From NCBI GenBank assembly GCA_000320545.1, contig ADNK01000980.1, positions 1 to 49,850 of the forward strand: a stretch of DNA of 49,850 nucleotides, given 5' to 3'. Shown here piece by piece: positions 40,666 through 49,850 of this stretch (its first letter is position 1; the number at the start of each line of letters is the position of its first letter). Position numbers and translations under genes: made by a program. Source of the stretch: Bigelowiella natans CCMP2755. Its lineage: Eukaryota > Protista > Cercozoa. The notes below the pieces were generated by a model, which saw nothing but the letters and a program-made list of their open reading frames with translations, was not told the DNA's origin and ran no database searches.

Positions 40666-41317
40666 ATGGGTCGTATGCACAGCAAAGGGTAAGCCCTGTT
40701 CTTAAGCACCTTTCACCCCTCCCCCAATTCTGAAGAAATTATTGAGTATGAAATAACGCTATGGATAATTTTTTGTAGGAAGGGGATTTCCCGCAAATCC
40801 CTCCCATACCGCCGCTCACCACCTTCATGGTGCAAGATTGATGCTGAGCAAGTCAAAACTGAGATCATGAAATACGCCAAGAAGGGATACAAGCCTAGTC
40901 AGATTGGTGTTATTTTGAGGGACTCCTTCGGAATTCCGCAAGTTCAGCAAGTTACTGGAAGTAAAATTCTCCGTATTCTTAGGGTTGCAGGTAATTAAAA
41001 TCAGAATACATGCATTAAAATTATTTTAATACACTATTATAGAATAACGTGTTTCTTTACATTAACACATAACTTTGTCAATATGAATATGTTTAGGCGA
41101 GGCTCCAGCTCTACCTGAGGACCTCTATCATCTTGTCAAGAAAGCTGTGACAATTCGCAAACACTTGGAAAAAAACAGAAAAGATAAGGATTCTAAGTTC
41201 CGCTTGATTCTTATTGAGAGCCGTATTCACCGTCTTGCCCGTTACTACAAGATCAAAAAACAGCTTCCTCCCAACTGGAAGTACGAATCAAGCACTGCAT
41301 CCACGCTGCTCGCTTAA
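40666..41317 (+). CDS. RPS13: 40S ribosomal protein S13 (uS15)
   Basis: MGRMHSKG|KGIS...[11 protein letters not shown]...[12 protein letters not shown]...[23 protein letters not shown]...[13 protein letters not shown]; two introns; absent from the ORF track. Confidence 0.98.
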
Positions 41318-41699
41318 ATTGTGCGAATTATGTTTGGTGCAAGTTCAATGTGTATCAGTGCCAATCTGTTGATTTGAAATATTAAGAATAAGAGATCTTA
41401 AAACAAATGTTTTCATGGAAGCTTCTAGTGGCATCCAACAATTCTATGATTTCCAATGCAACTCATCCACAACACATTTTTTGTTCGTGACAATTTAACA
41501 GTTTCGAAACATATTACACAAAAACAGTGATTATCATATGTATCAAGTATTCATATGATATGTAAAACATTTACATACATATTTGTTATGTATATGTCTG
41601 TATATAAATATATATTTATATGTTATAATGTGCCATATATCTTTACATAAATGTATTTTTGTGTAAAATATTGTCGCTGGTATTTTTTGAAACTCCTGT

Positions 41700-42822
41700 G
41701 TGCGTCTTTTGAGAGCCGTCATACTAGCTATCTACAGAGCTTGGTTTGGTGGTCTAGCTAGCTAGCTAGCGGTATGACAGCGATCGTAGGCCATGACTGC
41801 GACGATGTTGCTAACAATGATGTCAGTCTACCGCCTTATCAGCTATGCTAGCATGTGGAAAACGGCGCTCATTTATGCATTCCAAGGCATTGCACTAGCG
41901 AACATGTGCGCTTGTAAGCCAATGAGGGCTTGAGGCTTGAGCGAATCGAAACTGCAAATGCAGTCTGCACTGCTAGTGCATTTGAGCCATCATTGTTTGC
42001 ACTTTCTAGCTTTGTTGTCATTGCTGCATGCTTACATGCATGTTCTTGTTGTGCGCTGCCGTTTGCACTTGCGTTGGCCATGCACACTCGCATGCATGCG
42101 CTCATGCATTTGCATGCGTGGCGCAATGTTGTGAAATGAACTCAGCGAAAATGGCGACATTGAACTCATTGACCAATTAGCCATGCTAGCATGCGCCATG
42201 GCAGTTGCATGTCAAAAAGCTCAAATTTTGTGATTTTCTTGAAATGTTTCAATCAAAATCACAAATGTTTCCAAACACATTTCTAGATTTGGTCACATCG
42301 TTTGGTTTGAAACGCACGAACATTTTGAACATTTGGTTTGCAAACATGATGCTGCAATACTTGCAAACCACCATTCGATTCGTTCAAATGCCACTCGAAA
42401 TCTTGACAAGTTGTAGTGGTGTTTGCCATGTGGTTTGAACAAACAATGTTTGTCAAATGCACTTGCAAACATGTTTGAACTCAAGCATTTGTGCCCGCAG
42501 CTCTAGCACTCTAGCACTTGACGCACGTTGTGCCGCGTCGCATCGCCATTTGCTTGCACGTTGCACAATTGACTAGTCAAGCCATTGTTCTACTACATGT
42601 CTAGCATCATTGCTAGCTAGATGCTTGCATGCGTGTTCGTTGCGTACGACACACTTGGACACTAGCCATCTAGACCACACACTAGTGCAGACATGATTGT
42701 TCAATGGCTGTTTTCACACTATCAGCTAAATGGCACGAAACAGCAAGCACGAATGGCCACAGATGGCGGATGCACGTGGACACACGCACACGCACACAGA
42801 CACACGCGCACGAGTTCACAGT

Positions 42823-42864
<42 letters not shown>

Positions 42865-43393
42865 TTGACACGCACAGGCTGCTAGGTCGCTAGCAGAGCT
42901 GCCACCATGGCTAGCCATAGCACATTGTCCCTTGATCACATCGCACGTGCTAGCTACAGCGTGTACGTAGTGTGAGCACAGCTAGACAGTTCTGCGCTCA
43001 TGCACACTAGCACATACCGTGCACACCATGGCCTGCCACTTCTTTCGTTCTCTCGCACACAATTATCACAAGACTCATGCTAGCATATGAGCATGGCTAG
43101 ATGGCTCAGACTACTAGCAGAGCTAGACAGAGCGTATCGTAGCTAGCCCACATTGCAGCTGTGCTGCTAACTAGCTAGCTAGCTAAGGCAGCTATCTAGG
43201 CATCAAAATTTGTGCATGGACTATGTGCATGGACTACACTATGTGCATGTTTTCACTCATTTCAATGTGATGTTCTCAACAACTGCAAATGCATGACATT
43301 GATGTCAGTCATGCACATGTGTGTAGCACACATGCATGCATGCACATGTCTAGATGTATCTAGCTAGCTTGGTATGCGTGTACATACTCTAGA

Positions 43394-43431
<38 letters not shown>

Positions 43432-43460
43432 CATGTGTTTACATGTATATCTATGTACGT
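41700..43460. other. CTAG/CATG-rich intergenic spacer 6 (between convergent RPS13 and the UBA-PUB gene)
   Basis: Same composition; (CA)n and (TG)n runs but no (TA)n run. Confidence 0.8.
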
Positions 43461-43539
43461 AGCGCATGATTTATCGAAGCAATAACATGTCATTCATAAA
43501 CCTTGTAGAATCCATGAAAGTACTATGAGTCTTACAACA

Positions 43540-45277
43540 TTATTGGGTCATCACAGTCAAAGCCCCCTTCCACATTTCAATCAGGTGCTGCAGAGAATGA
43601 TATGCTCCATTCGTATCTGCTCCGTTTATCTTTACCTTCCCATCATCTCCTTCGACAAATCCTAGAGAATTGAATAATTTTTGTGCCTCCGGCAATACAG
43701 CAGCGCGGCTCTTAAATAATCGTTTAACATCAATTTCCCGATTCCTAGCTTCATTTGCGCTGGCAACGCGAGTGAGACAGACTCGTACTTTGTCAATGAC
43801 GTAGGTGGAATCTGACTTGCCTCGTTTGTTTAACAGCTCTGCGACAGCATGCGCAACTCCAGTTAGCGGTTTTCGCTTCTGAATCTGCTTGTCGAGATCC
43901 TTTAATGCATCCCAAATGAGAGCAACATCAGGCTTGTTCATCCTAATGAATCTGCGCCCTTCTGTACTTTCGAATCCAAGATACTTTAACATAGAAACAA
44001 TTTGTGGAAACGGAGCAAATCTAAAGCTGTATATGGACCCTTGTTCCGTTGTGAGGCTTCGCAATGGCACTGAACTAGGTAATTCTGCTATGCTTGTGAG
44101 GATACGCTTTAACTCGAGGCAGCAGTAGAGAATTGATTCTTTGCTTGCACCCTGTGTCTCCGCTTTCTGCAGAAACATTGGAACCCTAGTTGCGCTGCGA
44201 TCAAGTGCCCTATAAAGAAATAATCCAAAGCATTGAGCAGCATAAGTGATGGTACATCAGAACGAGGATACATTATCTTGCTACCTCTCGAGCTTCTCGA
44301 GTTTGCTTTTGAAAGAAGCAGTGCTTCCTGTACTCATGATAAGGGTAGATTCATCTTTCTGAGTGAATCCAAACTCTTTCATAATTATCATGGATCCAAG
44401 TGGCCTCACAATTGCTTTCTGGATGCGTTTATTAAGAAGATTAATTTTCCTGTATTTTAATTCGTTGGGCTCTTTCAGTACTTTTTTTACGATTTTCAAA
44501 ATCAATGTGAGGGTTTCAGTCACTCGTTCTGGCGGATAATTCTCCTGAAGATGTTTCAGTGCGGCGTCTAAACCTTTTATCTTTAATTCTTCTTCTTTTC
44601 GTCGTGCTGTACGTTCCATAATTTCCTTGTTCTTTTTGCTGCTTTCCCTCTTTGTTGCATCCCATGATTTTGTATCAAACTTGGCCTTGTCTCCAAGTTC
44701 CTTCTTCCGTTTCATATTAATTGCCAATATCTTCGGATTTTTTTTGGTGTCCATTTTCTTAGAACCAGCTTGCTTGGTTTGTTTGTCGATTTGCTCCTCC
44801 AGTGCCTTATATTTTTCCATGCGAGCCGCTTTTTTCTCAGCGCTGTCACTCGACTCAAGATCTACTCGAGCCTGCATGTTTGGTGATAATCTTGGTTTCG
44901 CCTTAGTGATCTTCGAGGATACAGTGCTATACTTAGCATCTTTTGAAGACGAGGAATGGGATTTATTCCCTTTTTTGGAAGGATCTGGATTCATAGCACA
45001 CCAGAGCGCGGCATCCTGTTTGTTTTTCTGCACCATTGGTTTATCAAATGGCATATTGCATCTAAGTTAACGATCTCGCAAAGTTTTCCAGAGTCGTGTA
45101 TATAAGTTTTTCATAGTGACTACCTTGAGTTTCAACCCACGTTCCGCGTGCGCTCTACTAAATCCCATCCCTATGATGTCCTCTACGTCTTTGGCTGAAG
45201 ATTTTTCTGCATAGGATATGCTCAGCTTGGAAGCAAATTAGAAATAAAAGCCAATTATATGAGGGCTAACCTTTCAT
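43540..45277 (-). CDS. UBA domain plus PUB-domain protein (putative p97/Cdc48 adaptor)
   Basis: MKE|KSSAKDVEDIIGMGFSRAHAERGLKLK|KNKQDAALWCAMNPD (UBA, MGF motif); ETLTLILKIVKKVLKEPNELKYRKINLLNKRI...MKEFGF (PUB); two further PUB-like repeats ending LKYLGF and FNSLGF. Confidence 0.8.
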
Positions 45278-46043
45278 GGGATTCGAAAGGCACCAGTTTA
45301 TTGCCCTTTGCAAGTTAACACGCCCGTTTACACGCTGATAACAAGGAAGGAAGAATCAGTGTGTCAGATCTTCGATTATTTGTAACGTCATATGTCATGC
45401 CGGAGTTAAATCACGTGAATGACACTTCCTTATATTTTTTTCTTCATAAGCAATACCGTCTGCTCAATGCCTCGTATGGCATGAGGGCGCTGTATGCCCA
45501 TAGCTACCAACTGCTGAATTGCACCATCCATCGTGATTGGAGTTCTCACGAGAAAGGCAGAGATTAGGCAGAGATCCTTATGACTGTCTTTCTAATCTCC
45601 ATCAATCTCGGAGATCACTGCTCTTGTGGCGGTTTGTGTCCTGGGATCCCTTCTAATAACGGGGATATCTTTTTCAGAGCCTTCTCGGGGCGCGCTGAAA
45701 AAAGGACCGCCGGCAGGCCCTTCCAGCATAAATGTCTTTTAAAGACTTGACGGATCGCCTTCTATTTTAGTTTAATTGAACACTTAAATTCGAGACGTTT
45801 ATGTAAATATTCCTACATTTTTTCCTTCGCTGCACCTCACATCACGCACTCCAGCTGGATTGGGTTACGGTGCCACGAGCCATGAGCCTAACAGAAGTTG
45901 AGAAAAAGTTGGTAATTTAGTTGACGACTTGATTTTGGAGATGTCGCAATTATAAAATATGGGCATTTTTCTTCATTTCCGCTCTTTCTTTGCCCGTATC
46001 GATCACTCCTGGCAGAAATCAAACCCCTCTCCCCATAACTAAA

Positions 46044-46842
46044 ATGAAAAGCTTTAGCCTCCTTCTCTCTGTCTTCCTTAACATCTGCCTCGTTGTGGTC
46101 CTATGTGCCTTCGCACTCCGCTCCAATGATGCAAACGGTGCCGTTGCTGAGTCTGTTTAGTTATTTTGGCAAGCTGGGTTAGGTTGGGAATGGGGGACAC
46201 GTAGACACGTGGTCTCTTAGAAAGTTTCGTCTGTAAGTTAGAGAGACGGAAATGTAACACTCAACTTTATTTTCATTAATATGTAGTATTCTCTTTTCAC
46301 TGTATTGATTTTCGTTCGAAAAAAAAGCGTAGCTATTTCTAAACTGATTCTCTGACTAAAATTTCAGTGCTCGGCGCACCAGCAACTATGAGGGCTTCCA
46401 GCGGTACAGCGAAACGTTTACGTAAGATTGAACTCATACTAATCAACCAAAATTGTTGCAATTACTTTAGTTGGCATCGGAAGACCTATGCAGAATATTG
46501 CTCGCCCGCAAGTTGGTGTCCGCGCTCAGCCTGGTAAACAGATGAGCTACAAGGATCTTCCTAAGGCTGCTTTCGGTGGACTTGCTGCTGCTAAGGCATT
46601 CGGACTTTCTAGCGTTGCCCATGCTGCTGAGGCTCAGCAGGTAATTACTTTCCAGCCGACCTGATACTTTTTATATAACACGTCACGTAATATTTTAGAT
46701 CGTTGACCTCGCTGGTTACCAAAAGGGAGACGGCATGTACGTTGCTACTATTGCATTCAATGTATTTGCATGCGCTACCGTTGGTGTTATCCTCGGATTC
46801 GCTATGCTCCGCCTCGAACAAATCGTCACCGCTAAGGAATAG
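46044..46842 (+). CDS. petM: Cytochrome b6f subunit PetM precursor (nucleus-encoded, plastid-targeted)
   Basis: Four exons: MKSFSLLLSVFLNICLVVVLCAFALRS (signal peptide), transit-like region, hydrophobic AAFGGLAAAKAFGLSSVAHA, mature ...YVATIAFNVFACATVGVILGFAMLRLEQ (PetM GFxLLRxE-like motif); absent from the ORF track. Confidence 0.82.
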
Positions 46843-47169
46843 ATTGTTCGATTATTGTTTAAATACGGTGGGGATACTCAGGGATTGATGATACTTTCTG
46901 TAGTAGTTTAGAAACCTATAGGGTAAAGTAGAATGTTCTGCGAGTAGTGAATGAGAATAGATCAAACCAGCCATTTATAGTGCACATTTAGTACTACATG
47001 GCTCTCTTCACTGTTGACACAGCTGTAAGGTTGAAGATTCTCGCAATTTTTGCTAGATGCGTGAAAAGAAGTGCTCATCTTTGTATTATCTCTTGCATTA
47101 TGTGTGTTATACGCTCATAAGCTTAACTATAGAATATATTACTGTTTTTTTCTTGAAATTATGAAAGAG

Positions 47170-48560
47170 CTGGTTGTTCATGCATGCTAGCATGGCACAT
47201 CTAGACATGTGGCGTTTATTGCGGGCGCACCTGCGATGCAAAGAGACTGATGTCAGTAATCGGTGTTCGCTCGAACGAATGCAACAACACATGCATGATA
47301 TTATAGACATGTAATACGATATATATAATATATATCATATTACTGTGTCTATTATAAGCGGATACTTATTATAGACATGTAATACGATGTATGTAATATA
47401 TGTCATATTACTCATCATTGATGAAGTGCAATGAGCACCTAATTGCACCAAGGTCTTTTCTTCATGCAAAATGCTCAAACTTTTCATGCAGCGCAATGAT
47501 CCATCTAGCAATGTGCCAGAATGCTCCAGAACTAGCGAACGATGTGTCAGCTAGCTAGCTAGAGCTAGCTAGAGCTAGCCAGATGTCCAAGATGTGTTGA
47601 ACGCAGTCGAAGCTAGCTAGCTAGACGGTCACGTCGTCTCTGCTCATCTAGACATCTAGATGTGCTGCGCACATGCGCACACACATGCTGGCATGCTCTA
47701 GCTAGCTGTGTGGCTAGTGCACAGTCCACTAGTCTAGCAGTCTAGCTAGCTAGCAGTGCTGTCTGTCTGCAAGTGCATAAGTGCATGCATGCATGTGCGT
47801 GCATGCAGCTAGCTAGCTAGTGCTAGTGTGACAGCTAGAGTTAGCACTAGCTAGTGCACCCTAGCTAGCACCCCATCTGCTAGCAAGTTGTGCACGTAGC
47901 TAGCTAGCCATGTGGCATGCTAGCATGACATCTGCTAGCTAGCGTGGCTACTAGTGAATGACATCTGCGATGCCAGCCAGTCACTGTGGACATTGCCCAC
48001 ACATCTGTGCAAGCATGCTAGCTAGCTAGCTAGCTGATGCATGTACGTGAGACACATCGATCATGCAGGAGCGAGCTAGCTAGCTAGCGGCGCGAGCGAG
48101 CCTGCGCGCGATGCCTCCGTTCAATATTCAGATGTCTAGATTTGTGTGCGTACACACATCGCTAGATCGGCTAGCCAACACTAGCTAGCTAGAACATCAA
48201 TGCATGCCCCTGCGTGCACGTTACTACTCTCCATGGTACGATGCATCACTCGCTAGCATTGCTATGTCGGACCATAGAAGGACTGATGTGTAATAGCCCA
48301 GCTAGCTCTAGAGTTAGCTACATCTCGAGATGTGCACGCTAGCACTGCTGCTAGGCTAGACAGCGCGCACTGCGTGATCGACAGCGGGTGCGTGTCTAAC
48401 CACCACCCACAACGACAACACGTACATGCACCGCAGGTACTACTAGCGTAGGCTGCATCGTATCGCACCTTGTATCATTACGTTTGCACATGTTTGCATC
48501 ACACATTCTAGCAGGGTTACATGTCTGCTATCGCAATGGACGACGCACGCGAATATCTCA
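47170..48560. other. CTAG/CATG-rich intergenic spacer 7 (between convergent petM and the last gene)
   Basis: Very dense ctagctag; non-coding. Confidence 0.8.
47299..47412. repeat. 46-bp direct repeat pair (47299-47344, 47367-47412)
   Basis: tattatagacatgtaatacgatatatataatatatatcatattact versus tattatagacatgtaatacgatgtatgtaatatatgtcatattact. Confidence 0.92.
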
Positions 48561-48586
48561 TCTAGACTTGCCACATATTGTGCTTT

Positions 48587-49761
48587 CTACTGCTTATTCT
48601 CATCATTGGATGGAACCCCTGCAGAAGCACTCGAGTCTATGTATTTTGCTTCAAGCTTTGGACCTGCAGCTGATGAATTGTCTGCTGATATCCAATTGTT
48701 TCCTGGGTTATTTGTAGGTTGTTGATTGTCAAGGCCTGAGATCGTTCGTCGTGCCGGGACCCGAGTTGCTACTTCACTATCATCGAACAACCTGAATCAG
48801 GAAACCAATTGCTATTAACAAACACTCTATCATCTAGTGTGATTCATAGTAATTGCTCCTACCCGAACACCTCATCGACATCTTTGTCGAGAAGGAAACT
48901 TTCCTCCGTCTTTAATCTCGGGAGCTGCTCTTTGTTTTCGTCGTCGCTGAAAGTGTCGTCCCAGCCTTCATCCTCCTCCTCGACACCACCGCCACTGACA
49001 CCACCACCACCACCTGATCCATCATCGTCCTCTCCTGGCCAAGAACCATCACTTTTCCGCCTCGTATCATCGCGATTTCTTAAGGAATCGCTACCAGAGC
49101 TGTCTCTGTTTTTTGACTCCTTTTTGCAAGCATCTTTGTTGATTTTCTTCAGCATCTCCTGCTTTTGCAGCTTACTCTGAAGCTTACGGATGAAGCTTTG
49201 ATGTTCAAAACAACAACGACATGATATCATGCTCTACCAATCGTAAAATAAATGAATCCCAACATCGACCAAGTGGACCTCGATTGTTTCTTAGCGACAT
49301 GGCCTCGTGCATGCCAGACACACAGTAGAATCATCATCATGGTTTTAAGTATCTTATCCAGCAAAATTCAACGTGGCACGAAGAATTGTTACTAGCGAAA
49401 ATATCACGATAGAAGGGAGATGGAAGAAGACAATAGAAATGTATTGTGGAATAATCTAGATACCGTTTTTGTGCAAGCTCATCATCGGTCTCCTGAAAGA
49501 TAGTAAATATACTACATTTAAGTTGTTTTGCTCTGATAAAAATGCTGCTGCTGTCCAAATTCTGACTACCTTTATCGCCTTTGAGGTACATCGAACATTT
49601 GTCCACGAAAACACGCTTCCTTGTCGTTTTAGCAAAGACTTGACGAATTTAGCTTTCTCATCCTTATTTATATGCATATATGCACGCATGTAGAGAAAAG
49701 GGGGGGGGGAGAGAAGAAACAAAAGCGTTGTTCATGGAATTTTAATACATGTAGATATTTA

Positions 49762-49817
<56 letters not shown>

Positions 49818-49850
49818 TCACCACCTTCTCAATCTGCATTGTACTCCAAT
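48587..49850 (-). CDS. 3' exons of a gene of unknown function (charged/acidic disordered C-terminus; starts beyond the window)
   Basis: Exon-like segments DEKAKFVKSLLKRQGSVFSW..., SKLQKQEMLKKINK...EEEDEGWDDTFSDDE... and final ...GVPSNDENKQ*; no family recognised. Confidence 0.6.

Noticed and set aside
45882-45920. Short upstream ORF MSLTEVEKKLVI before petM
   Set aside because: Too short and unsupported; ATG 46044 gives a complete signal peptide
27100-45930. TGACG/CGTCA words in divergent promoters
   Set aside because: The count is not clearly above chance for a 5-mer
1-49850. tRNA, rRNA, snoRNA or transposase/RT genes
   Set aside because: None recognisable by eye; a covariance-model search would be needed to exclude small RNAs

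Overview
Gene-dense, intron-rich eukaryotic nuclear DNA, most likely a chlorarachniophyte alga (Bigelowiella/Lotharella-like). This is inferred from signal-peptide plus transit-peptide leaders on a green-type PetM, a bacterial-type TyrRS and a eukaryotic-type LeuRS. I can support 14 protein-coding genes: LeuRS (partial), Ndc80, RPS28, TBC1D5-like Rab-GAP, TyrRS, a UBAP2/Lingerer-like protein, eIF4G, a small ubiquitin-like-domain gene hidden from the ORF track, Lsm2, EFHC/Rib72, RPS13, a UBA-PUB protein, PetM and the 3' end of an unknown gene. Twelve sit in six head-to-head pairs. The units are separated by seven 1.1-1.8 kb spacers rich in CTAG, CATG and TGCA, with a recurrent CATGCTAGCATG palindrome and few TpA outside CTAG/GTAC-type contexts. 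Two internal duplicate pairs differ preferentially by TA versus TG/CA. This suggests a TpA-targeted A:T to G:C mutational process ('reverse RIP') confined to intergenic DNA, the most novel candidate system here. Exon boundaries were read by eye and are unverified.
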